This document shows, in pieces, positions 1-9,412 of a stretch of DNA of 64,000 nt (position 1 is the first letter of the stretch; each line of letters opens with the position of its first letter). The stretch is from a virus (lineage: Duplodnaviria; Heunggongvirae; Uroviricota; Caudoviricetes): positions 25,850 through 89,849 of IMG/VR virus record IMGVR_UViG_3300028146_000009. The stretch is one strand, 5' to 3'. The notes beneath the pieces were generated by a model. It saw only the letters and a program-made list of their open reading frames with translations. It was not told the origin of the DNA and did no database searches. Made by a program: the position numbers and the translations under genes.

Positions 1-171
1 ATTAGTAAAAAGTGATCAATATCAAATACTTTGCGAAGATTTATGCCATCCGGCGAAAACTTTAACCGAAAATACCCTTCGCCAGCAATACGGACAAAAA
101 GCAATAAAAACTCGAAATAAAAAGAAAAAAAGCTTGAAAAAGAATAAAATATTAGGTAAAATAAAAAAATA

Positions 172-429
172 ATGAAATCTTTTATTGTTACTATTTTATC
201 TAAACTTAAATTTTTAGATTCAAATTCAGAATTAAATATGGAAATCCTAATGTTATGGATTTTTATGTTTATTTCAGCTTTTAGAGCGCTTTTTGCAAAT
301 TTAACTTTGCATATAACTCCAAATATTACCTGGGTAATTCCAGATTCCGGAATGGCAACAACCCTTCCTATTTTATATTCACTTTTGAGCACTGCGCATC
401 AAAATTATTTAACAAATAAAGGAAAATAA
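172..429 (+). CDS. hypothetical small hydrophobic protein; no clear SD, sigma70-like TTGAAA-16-TAAAAT element at 135-162 immediately upstream
   Basis: ORF track entry. Hydrophobic composition, on the same strand as its neighbours. Weakly supported. Confidence 0.2.
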   Translation: MKSFIVTILSKLKFLDSNSELNMEILMLWIFMFISAFRALFANLTLHITPNITWVIPDSGMATTLPILYSLLSTAHQNYLTNKGK

Positions 430-1299
430 ATGACATTAAAACGATTTTTATTTTACGCCGGAGTTTTTCTAGCATCTTACGGAGTTACAAAATTAGTAGT
501 AAATCATAATCCTACTGATTTAACAAAAAATACCGTAATGATTGTAAATAAACAAATGAATTCTGGGGGAACTGGAGTTATTTATGAATCTGGGAAATCA
601 GGATCGTATGTATTAACAAATCGCCACGTTTGCCATGTGGTTGAAAATGGCGGAGTAGTCCGCACAACTACAGGAGATTACCAAGTAACTTCTTATGTGG
701 AATCCCAAGTGAGTGATCTTTGTTTAATTTATCTTCCGGCTGATCTAAAGCAAAATACAAAACTTGCTAAATCTGAACCTAAAGTATTTAGTCCTTCAAA
801 GGTTTCAGGCCATCCAGCCCTGATGCCTACAATTATCAGTATGGGACACTTTTCTGAGCGTCAAATCATTACTATTATGACTGGAACCCGTCCTTGCACT
901 CCTGTTGATGCCGAAGATCCAGTAAATAATCTTTATTGTTCATTTTTTGGGGTTGTGCCGGTTCTTAAATCCTATGATTCACAATTAGTTTCCAGCACAA
1001 TTATGCCCGGGTCTTCAGGTTCAGGAGTCTATAATAATAATAATGAGCTTTCTGGTGTAGTTTTTGCGGGCAGCGGGGAATTCGGCTACGGATGGATTGT
1101 AACTTATGATCAAGTGAAAGCATTCCTAAATGTTGAATCTCAAAATAGTAACTTTGTAAATGTGGATCAAACTTTAGGACAAAAAGCACAACCTGAAGGT
1201 ACTACAAAAGAAATGCTTAAAAAATGTGTAAATGCGGATAATTCTGTAGTACTTAATATTTGCAGAGTTTTAAAGCGTGATTTGGTTTGGAATCGATAA
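430..1299 (+). CDS. trypsin-like (S1/chymotrypsin-fold) serine protease with N-terminal TM anchor
   Basis: TNRHVCHVV (catalytic His context). PGSSGSGVY (GDSGGP-like Ser motif). N-terminal hydrophobic helix FLFYAGVFLASYGVT. Confidence 0.55.
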   Translation: MTLKRFLFYAGVFLASYGVTKLVVNHNPTDLTKNTVMIVNKQMNSGGTGVIYESGKSGSYVLTNRHVCHVVENGGVVRTTTGDYQVTSYVESQVSDLCLIYLPADLKQNTKLAKSEPKVFSPSKVSGHPALMPTIISMGHFSERQIITIMTGTRPCTPVDAEDPVNNLYCSFFGVVPVLKSYDSQLVSSTIMPGSSGSGVYNNNNELSGVVFAGSGEFGYGWIVTYDQVKAFLNVESQNSNFVNVDQTLGQKAQPEGTTKEMLKKCVNADNSVVLNICRVLKRDLVWNR

Positions 1300-1309
1300 A
1301 GGAAATATA

Positions 1310-1489
1310 ATGAAAAAATTAACATTAGTGTCATCATTTGTAAGTGCAAGTTTAGCAATAAGTATTGGAGTTTTAACTGCCTGTTTTGCGAAAAGTCCAG
1401 AGACAATGACTAGATCTACAACAGTTGCTGTAATTTTTGGTATTTTTAGCTTGGCCTGTTGGGGACTTTCATTTACGGCTAAGGAATAA
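1310..1489 (+). CDS. small lipoprotein with C-terminal TM segment (start moved to internal ATG with AAAGGA RBS)
   Basis: MKKLTLVSSFVSASLAISIGVLTAC carries a lipobox L-T-A-C. A second hydrophobic stretch follows (VAVIFGIFSLACWGL). Confidence 0.35.
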   Translation: MKKLTLVSSFVSASLAISIGVLTACFAKSPETMTRSTTVAVIFGIFSLACWGLSFTAKE

Positions 1490-1490
1490 A

Positions 1491-1742
1491 ATGATCACAC
1501 TTTTTACTGCTATTGGTTCCTTAATTTTAGCGCTATTATCAGTTATAAGCTATCTTTTTAACAAAAATAAGACTTTGGCCGGGCAAGCTCAAGAAAACAC
1601 CGTAAAAGCCCAAGTAAATGCAAATGATGCCCAAATTAAAGCAAATCAAGATCAAATTCAGCAGATTAAGGATCAAACTGCAGCACAAGAGAAAAATGAA
1701 ACAAATGATAGCATTTTAAATGATTTGAATAAACCTAAATGA
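1491..1742 (+). CDS. membrane-anchored coiled-coil protein (start at ATG after AAGGA RBS)
   Basis: N-terminal TM MITLFTAIGSLILALLSVISYLF, then a Q/K-rich coiled coil. Reads in frame with ORF 1437..1742. Confidence 0.35.
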   Translation: MITLFTAIGSLILALLSVISYLFNKNKTLAGQAQENTVKAQVNANDAQIKANQDQIQQIKDQTAAQEKNETNDSILNDLNKPK

Positions 1743-1808
1743 GCAATGTTTTAGGGATTTTATTAATTATTGGATTTATTATTTATATTAAAGAAATTTG
1801 GATTAAAA

Positions 1809-2099
1809 ATGAGTAAGTTAATAATTTTAGTAATTTTAAGCTTAAGCCTAAATAGTTTTGCTAGATCCGAATTTTTTGATTATAATGAAAAACCTATAAC
1901 AAGAAAACAAGCTGTAAAACTAACAAAACAATCAGTATTGGAGACTAATTTTTATAGAATTGAACGAGCCGCGAAAAATGGTGAATGTAATTTTTCTGGC
2001 TATAAAATTGATGAAAATGTAAAAAAACAATTAGAATCGTTGGGATATGAAGTAACTTCTGATGAAAAGGGTGGATATTTAATAACATGGTGCGATTAA
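1809..2099 (+). CDS. secreted protein (signal peptide)
   Basis: MSKLIILVILSLSLNSFARS looks like a signal peptide. Taken as the internal start of ORF 1770..2099. Confidence 0.35.
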   Translation: MSKLIILVILSLSLNSFARSEFFDYNEKPITRKQAVKLTKQSVLETNFYRIERAAKNGECNFSGYKIDENVKKQLESLGYEVTSDEKGGYLITWCD

Positions 2100-2287
2100 T
2101 TCTGATATTAGGACTGCTATTTACAATTGGATGTAATAAAAAACCAATAACATATTCAAAATCTAAAAATCCAGAACCAAGTCCATTAGAAGAATGTAGA
2201 ACTATTTGTAAGCAAAAATATAACACTGATGTCGATGGAGCAGTTTATGGCGATGATGGCCATGCAACATACTGCTATTGCGAATGA
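2087..2287 (+). CDS. Cys-rich putative lipoprotein
   Basis: MVRLILILGLLFTIGCNKKP is a lipobox-like signal. Four Cys in the C-terminal 30 aa. Confidence 0.4.
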   Translation: MVRLILILGLLFTIGCNKKPITYSKSKNPEPSPLEECRTICKQKYNTDVDGAVYGDDGHATYCYCE

Positions 2288-2646
2288 TTAAATTTATTCT
2301 AATTTTTACATTAACTTCCAATTTAGCCTTCGCCCAAAATGCTGTTCATATGAATAAAGGAGATACTGCACAATTCGAAGGCGACCTCCTGACTCTCGAC
2401 ACTACAAAACAACTCTATAATGATTCCCTAGAAAAAACTTCATTACAAAAGCAATTAGATCTTATAAATCAAAATGTAAATCTTTTGCAACAAGATAAAA
2501 CTTTACTTTTGGATCAAAATTCAAAATTAATCCAAGCCGGGCAAAGTGAAAAAACAATAAGCACAATTGAAAAAGGTGCTTGGTTTTTGGCCGGGATGTT
2601 ATTAACGGGATTGGCAATTAAAGGGGCGGCAAGCTTAAGGCCATGA
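2278..2646 (+). CDS. secreted coiled-coil protein with C-terminal TM anchor
   Basis: Signal peptide ending LAFAQNA. Central coiled coil. C-terminal hydrophobic GAWFLAGMLLTGLAIKGAA. Confidence 0.4.
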   Translation: MRMIKFILIFTLTSNLAFAQNAVHMNKGDTAQFEGDLLTLDTTKQLYNDSLEKTSLQKQLDLINQNVNLLQQDKTLLLDQNSKLIQAGQSEKTISTIEKGAWFLAGMLLTGLAIKGAASLRP

Positions 2647-2867
2647 AAAAAATTTTAATTGGCATTATATTAGGATTTATAATTCATTCAGGTTTAAGTA
2701 CCTTATATGATTATAAATTCTGGACAAATACATTTAAATGTCATGAAAAAACCGAAGAAGCTGATCAAAAATGTGTAGAATATTATGCACCAATTTTAAG
2801 TATTTTAAAATATCCACTAGCTCATATTAGTTATGATTTTAAACAATGGGGAATAAGATACCCATGA
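2643..2867 (+). CDS. small N-terminally anchored membrane protein
   Basis: MKKILIGIILGFIIHSGL reads as a TM helix. ATGA overlap with the upstream gene. Confidence 0.35.
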   Translation: MKKILIGIILGFIIHSGLSTLYDYKFWTNTFKCHEKTEEADQKCVEYYAPILSILKYPLAHISYDFKQWGIRYP

Positions 2868-2924
2868 TTCATCTTTCTGATCCAGAATCAACAGTTTTAG
2901 GTTCCCGGCTATTTTTATTACTAT

Positions 2925-3575
2925 TTGCAATTTGTGATAAATTATATGGCAACCCTTAAACCAATCACAGAAGTTTCCTCAGAAGAACTGTTAAAATTAA
3001 TAAAAGATAATCCCATTGAAGTTTCAAAATATGAACATCATAATGATTGTATGGAATTTTTAAGTGTTTATGGAATAAAACAAGGCGAACATCGAATTCT
3101 ATTCAATTTAATCTACCGGCTGTATAAAAAATGGTCCAAGACGCCTGTTGGAAAAAGATCACTAGCCGATGCAATGGTGTTACTATTTCCCACTATTAAA
3201 TACGGGCAATCAAACGTCTATTTGATAAATAAAGAAAAATCCTTTTTTTTAGAAACCGGAGCAAAGAAAAAGAAACAGAATAAAACTAAACGAAAACCAT
3301 GGCTTAAGCATTTTAAACTATTTATTGATAAATTTGAATTAAAAAGTGGTAGATTTTATGTAAAAGATGTAGTATTATATAATCTATACGATAAATGGAC
3401 TTATAAAAATAATAAACACAATCCTTTAGGTTTTCAGCAATTCTTAAAATTCTGTAGATTATTTTTTAAGAATCCTACACCGAAAATTATAAGAGGAAAT
3501 CAATGGTTCGCTGTGGATTCTGAAGTCCAGAAATATTTTACGCCCGAGTTAATAAAACTGATGGAAAAAAAGTGA
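2925..3575 (+). CDS. hypothetical protein (basic)
   Basis: 216-aa ORF on the plus-strand block with consistent coding composition. Confidence 0.4.
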   Translation: MQFVINYMATLKPITEVSSEELLKLIKDNPIEVSKYEHHNDCMEFLSVYGIKQGEHRILFNLIYRLYKKWSKTPVGKRSLADAMVLLFPTIKYGQSNVYLINKEKSFFLETGAKKKKQNKTKRKPWLKHFKLFIDKFELKSGRFYVKDVVLYNLYDKWTYKNNKHNPLGFQQFLKFCRLFFKNPTPKIIRGNQWFAVDSEVQKYFTPELIKLMEKK

Positions 3576-3766
3576 AAATACCTAATGATCTAACTCCATT
3601 TGAGATAATAGGTGGGATTTCTTCCATAATTAGAGGAATCCCAGGAGAATCATTACAAGGAAAAAATATGTATGAAATACCTGATGAAATTTTTGAAAGG
3701 ATAATACAAGAGTATAAAGATCTCTTTAATAAAAATAATGAAGAAAAAACCAACACGTCGAAGTAA
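3572..3766 (+). CDS. hypothetical protein
   Basis: 64-aa ORF, ATGA-coupled to the upstream gene. Confidence 0.3.
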   Translation: MKIPNDLTPFEIIGGISSIIRGIPGESLQGKNMYEIPDEIFERIIQEYKDLFNKNNEEKTNTSK

Positions 3767-4379
3767 AACACAATTTCCAGCTCTCGATCCAAAATTCAAT
3801 CTTAAAACACGAAGCGACTTAATTGAAATTGAATCAAGCGAAAATTTACCAGAATCCTGGATTGATTCAAAATCTGGAAAAAATTGGACCAAAGATGCTC
3901 TAAAACAATATCTAAATGATTTCAATAATGAGTTTGTAAATGCAGACTTTAAAACAAATGTAAAAGAAGGTCGCAAAAGGATTCATAAGAAAAAACGAGT
4001 CGAGCACAAAAAAAATAAACATCTAAAGAAACTTATTAATGATTTTTTAGCAAATATAAAAAGATTCATAAATATTCTAAATGAATCTCAAATCACAAAT
4101 AATAGTAAATCTAAATTAAAAAAATCAGTGAATAAGTTTAAAAAACAATTGAGAACTCAGATTAAAAAAGAGTTTAAGTTTATTGAAGATTCATATAAAA
4201 CTCAGTCCGAGTACGATAATAATCACAGAAATATGTGTATTTTAACTAAGCAGAAAGCTATGGGACAATTAAAAAGTTTGGATGCTCTTCCAGAAACTAT
4301 AATGCAAAAAAAAGATACTGAAAATGATCTAATAGAAATGATTGATCGAAAGAAATTAGGAATTGAAGATGAGAGCTGA
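3738..4379 (+). CDS. lysine-rich highly basic protein (possible nucleic-acid binding)
   Basis: 213 aa with K/R-rich tracts (KKKRVEHKKNKHLKKL...). Confidence 0.4.
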   Translation: MKKKPTRRSKTQFPALDPKFNLKTRSDLIEIESSENLPESWIDSKSGKNWTKDALKQYLNDFNNEFVNADFKTNVKEGRKRIHKKKRVEHKKNKHLKKLINDFLANIKRFINILNESQITNNSKSKLKKSVNKFKKQLRTQIKKEFKFIEDSYKTQSEYDNNHRNMCILTKQKAMGQLKSLDALPETIMQKKDTENDLIEMIDRKKLGIEDES

Positions 4380-4650
4380 AGAAGCAAGAAAAAAATCAGA
4401 GAGTTCAAAAGAATTTGGCGCAAATTATCAAAGAAATTATATTTTAACACAAATAGAAAAAGAAACTAAAGTTGGAAATTTTGAATATAGGCTTATTTTC
4501 ATGGATGGATATAAATTATTTGAAGAAGATTATGTATTTTTTGAAAATTTAGGATATAAAGTTCAAAGGCCTGTAGAAAAGATATGGAAACCTATGAATG
4601 AAAAATCAAAACTTGAATACTACATGGAACCGGGAAAAATTAGCTGGTAA
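4363..4650 (+). CDS. hypothetical protein
   Basis: 95-aa ORF, last gene of the plus block. Convergent with 4651..4929. Confidence 0.35.
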   Translation: MKMRAEEARKKSESSKEFGANYQRNYILTQIEKETKVGNFEYRLIFMDGYKLFEEDYVFFENLGYKVQRPVEKIWKPMNEKSKLEYYMEPGKISW

Positions 4651-4929
4651 TTATTTCTTAAAAAATTCCACAAACACAAGAGCTATTGTAGCCAAAAGAC
4701 TTAAAAACATTACAAATTTATAAATTCCTTTAATTTGGGAAACTGAATCCTGGAGTGGTTGAATTTTTTGTTCGTCTAAATGATTTACTAATTCTTCTAA
4801 AGAATCTGACCGTCTTATATGAACATCCAAACTTACTTGTTGTTTTCCAGAAGTGACTTTTAATTCCCCAATATCCTTTTTAATATCTTTTACATCTTCA
4901 TGAATTAATTTTAAAATATCATCACTCAT
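4651..4929 (-). CDS. tail-anchored membrane protein
   Basis: 92 aa with a C-terminal TM FVMFLSLLATIALVFVEFF. ATGA-coupled to the upstream gene. Confidence 0.4.
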   Translation of the reverse strand: MSDDILKLIHEDVKDIKKDIGELKVTSGKQQVSLDVHIRRSDSLEELVNHLDEQKIQPLQDSVSQIKGIYKFVMFLSLLATIALVFVEFFKK

Positions 4930-6725
4930 GATTCTTCCTCATCAGGTGTTAAAAGTTTTCGAGAGATTGGATTCTGAAGCAATGCAAAAATGGCGCGATT
5001 TTTAGCATCTGAATCATTATCATCTACAGCTTTTTTTAAATATTGACCCATATAATTCATTCCCACTTCTTTTTGTAACTTTTCAGCCACGTCATTTAAA
5101 CTTTCAGGAGTTGCATTATAAAGATTGGCGGCAGTTTTAGTAACATTTTCCGCCGGATTACTATTTTTCTGATTTGTAATAGAATTTGTATTTTGAATTT
5201 TTTCCTGAGACCAAGGATTAATAATTAAAGTCTTTGGAGTTTGGGGAAGAACTTTTTGAACGATAGTTCCAAGCGGGGTATTCACGTCTTTAGCTGCATT
5301 TAAACCTTTAGCGGCAAATGCTTCACCGGGACCAAATGCTTTCTGAGCAAGACTGGCTTTATCAAGAGGAATTCCACCACGAGTTAACTTTTGAAGGCTA
5401 GGAAGCATTGAACTTAAATTTCCAATTGTACTATTAATCTGATGAATTTGATCGCCAGTTCCATCTTCGGCAGCATTGGCTAAATCTTCAATGTGTTGGC
5501 GAACTATTCCACCAAGTCGTTTATAAAGATCAGCCTCGGCAGAAGCTGATCCGTTATTATAAATTTGTGGTTTTAAATTCTGCGCGGCAGTGGTCAATTC
5601 TTGTTTAATTTGATTTAATTGTTGAAGATTTCCATCGGCGGCCTCTAATTTTTGAGCATATTCCCCGTATTGTTGTTGAATTTTTCGTAAAATAACATTT
5701 TTCTGACTAGTTTGGGGAACTTCATCAAAAACTGATTGCATAACATTTGGGGTTTTTGTAGTAATGGGACCAACATCATCCATAATCTGAGGAAGATTTT
5801 GTTCTAATTTAGATTGTGCTGAAGAAAATAAAGGAGTAAGCTTTTGATAATTACTTTGTAAAGCATTTAAAGCATTATCATACCATTTGCCTTGGCCGCC
5901 TTTAAGAACTCCTTGTTCAATTCCCGTGGTCCCAGTACCTTTAATAATATCACTGCCTCGGTCAACTGTATTGGTCATGGGATTATAACGAGTGGTTAAA
6001 TCTTTAGCAGAATTCATTCCCATTGCTTCCTGAGCAAGCCTTGAACCTGAATTTTCTAAACCAGTAGTTGTTGGGGTTAAAACATCGGCTAACTTACCAC
6101 CCACTGCACCTAATCCAGCACCTAAAGCCGCACTTCCTGCAGCGCCAGTAAGCGTAGGATCAGCATTTGAACCTAAATAGTTAGATTCACCAAGACCCGC
6201 CCCTAAAGTCGCCCCCTGAGCCACATTAGAAGCAATACCAGCGCCTTTTAAAGCACCTGCACCTGCAATTGTGGGGGCAATGGAACCAACTAAATCTCCT
6301 GCCATATAACTTATAGGATTTTGATCTTTGGCAGCTTGTTCGGTAGCTAATTGAGAATTCATTCCTTCTTGAAATGTAGGAGTATAATCAGGAACTTTTG
6401 AAGGCTTTGCAGCTAAATCCGGGCGCAAACCAATTGATTGATCAGCAGATTCTTGAGAAGCTCCAATTCCTAAAGCCCCGGCCAAAGCAGACCCAACTCC
6501 TGCAATTCTAGGAGAAAGTCCAGCAGTAATGCCATGAAGAGCGCCAATTCCCTTAGATTCTAAAGGTGAATAGGTTTCAGAATCTTTAGCCGCCATATCA
6601 GCAGGAGTCGGGGCATCATGAGCTTGTTGGAAAATAGCCTTTAAATCCCTACCATCATGTTTAATGGAATCTACAGGATCATTTCCAGCAGCTGCTTGAA
6701 ATATAGCTTTTAAATCATCAGCCAT
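4926..6725 (-). CDS. Gly/Ala-rich virion-associated protein (low complexity)
   Basis: 599 aa with G/A-rich repeats. TAATG overlap with the upstream gene, within the structural block. Confidence 0.5.
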   Translation of the reverse strand: MADDLKAIFQAAAGNDPVDSIKHDGRDLKAIFQQAHDAPTPADMAAKDSETYSPLESKGIGALHGITAGLSPRIAGVGSALAGALGIGASQESADQSIGLRPDLAAKPSKVPDYTPTFQEGMNSQLATEQAAKDQNPISYMAGDLVGSIAPTIAGAGALKGAGIASNVAQGATLGAGLGESNYLGSNADPTLTGAAGSAALGAGLGAVGGKLADVLTPTTTGLENSGSRLAQEAMGMNSAKDLTTRYNPMTNTVDRGSDIIKGTGTTGIEQGVLKGGQGKWYDNALNALQSNYQKLTPLFSSAQSKLEQNLPQIMDDVGPITTKTPNVMQSVFDEVPQTSQKNVILRKIQQQYGEYAQKLEAADGNLQQLNQIKQELTTAAQNLKPQIYNNGSASAEADLYKRLGGIVRQHIEDLANAAEDGTGDQIHQINSTIGNLSSMLPSLQKLTRGGIPLDKASLAQKAFGPGEAFAAKGLNAAKDVNTPLGTIVQKVLPQTPKTLIINPWSQEKIQNTNSITNQKNSNPAENVTKTAANLYNATPESLNDVAEKLQKEVGMNYMGQYLKKAVDDNDSDAKNRAIFALLQNPISRKLLTPDEEES

Positions 6726-9412
6726 TAGTAATTTACATCCTTAATAACACCTTGATTAATTAAAGCTTTAATTGCATCTTGTCGGGAAAGACCTTTAGCC
6801 TGCATAACAGCATTAATCCCGCGTTCTTCATTAGGATTATAAAGTCCTAACATATCAGAATGTCTATAAAGCATATTTTTATAAGCATCAGGATTCATAC
6901 TATTTTGATAAGATTTTGCAGTATTGCCCACATTATCGCGAATAATGCCATGGGCAACATCTCCTAAACCTTGGAGATATTTTTTATTTAATTCAATAAA
7001 TTTACCCTGATTAGCCCCAACTGGAACATTTGCTAATTTCTGAGCAAATTGAGCCATATGAGAAGCTAATGTTGGATTTGAAAGTTCGTTCATTTGTCCC
7101 TCAGTTGGAACTCCACCACTTGCAATTTTTCCAACTTCAGTATTAAATAATTGTACTTGTGAAGGAGTCCATTTATCAGTATCTGGAAATTCTTCAAGCA
7201 TTTTCTGGGCATTTTGGATAGAAACTAAATTTCTTTGTGCCATCATAACTGCTTGTTTTCCGCGAGTTGTAGACATTGCATTTTCAGCTTTAACTTCAGC
7301 ACTTTTTTCATTGTTAGCTTGTTTTGTTTCCTGAGAAGCTTTTGCTGCTGCCACTCTTCCTTTATTTGCTTCTAATTCTCTTTCCATTGCGGCTTTTTGA
7401 TTAGAATCTGCAATTTCTTTTTTAGTTTTAGAACTCAAATCTGCACGACTATTAGCGCCAGTTTGCTGCATTACAACTTTTTGAATTGCAGTCTGAAGTG
7501 CTGCATCTTTAGCTAAAAAGGGCGCGACTTTATAAAGATCAGAAGCTGAAGCAGTAGGAGGAACTTGTAGTCCTTTAGAAGTCATATATTGTTTTACAAC
7601 TTGAGACATAGGACTATTAGGATCATTTTGCTGATTTGCAATTTGTTCTTCATATTTTTGAACTGGTAATCCAACATTTTTATCATTAGAAGAAATTACA
7701 CCTAAAGCTGGATTGGGACTTACATTTGTTCCATTTCGGCCAGCAAGACCAGCACCAGCTAATGCACCATATTTAGCAACTTCTTGACCTAAAATATTAG
7801 CATCGCGTTCTTTTTGGGCTTGAGTTAAATCATTTTTATTATTTTTAGTGAAATCAATCATTTTTTGAAGATCAGGACTAACTTGTAATCCAGCGGCAGC
7901 ATCACTTTGAGGATTTTCTTTTAAAGCTTCTTCTGCCTTTAAAGTCATTCCTGGTAAATGTCTAACGGTCGAATCTTCTGGAGTTTCTTCATCTTCAGAA
8001 TCATCAGATTCTTCATCAGAAGCTAATTCACGTTTTTTCTCAGGATTATTATCATTTGCAGCTTCTTCAGATTTAAAATCCTCATTAGTCATTTCTTCTT
8101 CTAAAGCTTTATCATCAGGATTTTCAGACATTTCAACATCTGCAATTTTTGTAGGATTCGCGCCAGAAACCATCTGTTCATCACCTTGAATTTGTTCTTG
8201 CCCGGCGCCATTAGCTTTTAATTGTGCTAATTCTGCAGCATTTGCAGCCTCTTGTTCGGGAGTTAAATCAGGATAAATAGGATCTTGTGGAACATCTCCA
8301 GCAACTCCGCCATCAGCCATTCCTTGTCCTTGACCATTTACTGCATAATTAGCAAAATTCTGATAAGGAGTTGGGGAAGCTTGCGCCGGGGCTGCAGGCA
8401 TTGCCGCATCCTGAGAACCTTTAGACATTGAATTTTCATAAGCTAAATCTGCAACTACTCCAGGAACATTAGGATTAGCAGCTTTCCAAGCTTGATAATT
8501 GGGATCATTAGCATATTTACTAACTGGAGCACCAGGAGTTCCTTGGTCAAAATGAGCTTCTGGATTATTTAAAGCTAAATATCGTTTATAAAGCTCAATA
8601 TTATCATGTGGAATATAATAAGGAAGTTTTCCATTATTTGGAGCGGCTTTATTAATTTCTCCACCTTGAGCATAATGCTTTATATTACCTTCTGGAATAA
8701 AACCAGTAATAGATCCGCCTTGATTCATATGAGCATTGGCCATTTTATTCATTTTTTTATTGCCATATTTTTTGCGGCCAATAGAAGCAGCTAAAGCTGC
8801 AGGATTAGTAACGCCTTTTTGGTGTGAGAGTTTATTTTCTAATTTAGCAAATCTTTCACCAGAACCAACTTTACCACCAGAAGACATCTTTTCAGATCCT
8901 TCTTCAGCAATAAATTTATCAAAAGCTTTTTTAAGATCTTTTAAATTATTAAGATTATGCTCTTTTTTCTTAGGAACTTTTCCGCCTTTATTAAAGGGTT
9001 TAGATTCTTCATCATCTTGTAATTTTTTAGAATCTTCACGTTTTGTAATTTCTTCAGATTCAGCATCTTTTTCATCTTGAGATTGAGGAGGAAGAGCTGT
9101 TTGAATTTCAACTAGACCGCCATCAGAGTATTGATATTTATGAGTTGAGCCTGAAATTCCACCGTCAAATAAAGGCTGATCTCCAGGGCTTTCAAAGTTT
9201 TTTCTATTTTGCTGACGAATTTTATCATATTTATCTTGTAAAGTTGGATCAGGAGTTGGTTGAGGTTTTGGAGTAGAAAATGCTTTTTGAAATGCATCTG
9301 CAAGATTACTCATAACTGAATCATCAGATTCAACTTTTCCACCATCTTTCATGGATTGACCATTACCTTGCATTTCTAAATATTTTTTATATAAATCGTG
9401 AATATTTTTCAT
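6725..9412 (-). CDS. large virion protein with acidic tracts (possible internal/ejection protein)
   Basis: 895 aa. Acidic stretch SDEESDDSEDEETPEDS. K-rich and Q-rich segments. Confidence 0.5.
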   Translation of the reverse strand: MKNIHDLYKKYLEMQGNGQSMKDGGKVESDDSVMSNLADAFQKAFSTPKPQPTPDPTLQDKYDKIRQQNRKNFESPGDQPLFDGGISGSTHKYQYSDGGLVEIQTALPPQSQDEKDAESEEITKREDSKKLQDDEESKPFNKGGKVPKKKEHNLNNLKDLKKAFDKFIAEEGSEKMSSGGKVGSGERFAKLENKLSHQKGVTNPAALAASIGRKKYGNKKMNKMANAHMNQGGSITGFIPEGNIKHYAQGGEINKAAPNNGKLPYYIPHDNIELYKRYLALNNPEAHFDQGTPGAPVSKYANDPNYQAWKAANPNVPGVVADLAYENSMSKGSQDAAMPAAPAQASPTPYQNFANYAVNGQGQGMADGGVAGDVPQDPIYPDLTPEQEAANAAELAQLKANGAGQEQIQGDEQMVSGANPTKIADVEMSENPDDKALEEEMTNEDFKSEEAANDNNPEKKRELASDEESDDSEDEETPEDSTVRHLPGMTLKAEEALKENPQSDAAAGLQVSPDLQKMIDFTKNNKNDLTQAQKERDANILGQEVAKYGALAGAGLAGRNGTNVSPNPALGVISSNDKNVGLPVQKYEEQIANQQNDPNSPMSQVVKQYMTSKGLQVPPTASASDLYKVAPFLAKDAALQTAIQKVVMQQTGANSRADLSSKTKKEIADSNQKAAMERELEANKGRVAAAKASQETKQANNEKSAEVKAENAMSTTRGKQAVMMAQRNLVSIQNAQKMLEEFPDTDKWTPSQVQLFNTEVGKIASGGVPTEGQMNELSNPTLASHMAQFAQKLANVPVGANQGKFIELNKKYLQGLGDVAHGIIRDNVGNTAKSYQNSMNPDAYKNMLYRHSDMLGLYNPNEERGINAVMQAKGLSRQDAIKALINQGVIKDVNY

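Noticed and set aside
135-162. TTGAAA-16-TAAAAT element upstream of ORF 172..429.
   Set aside because: It lies within an A/T homopolymer-rich leader, only 10 nt from the ATG, and there is no SD. The match is likely chance, so it is mentioned only inside feature 1.
1001-4450. Minus-strand ORFs 1001..1189, 1167..1406, 1945..2226, 3538..3792, 3653..3976 and 4223..4450 within the first plus-strand block.
   Set aside because: They lie antisense to a coherent, translationally coupled plus-strand gene series. They are AT-rich, low-complexity F/L/I translations.
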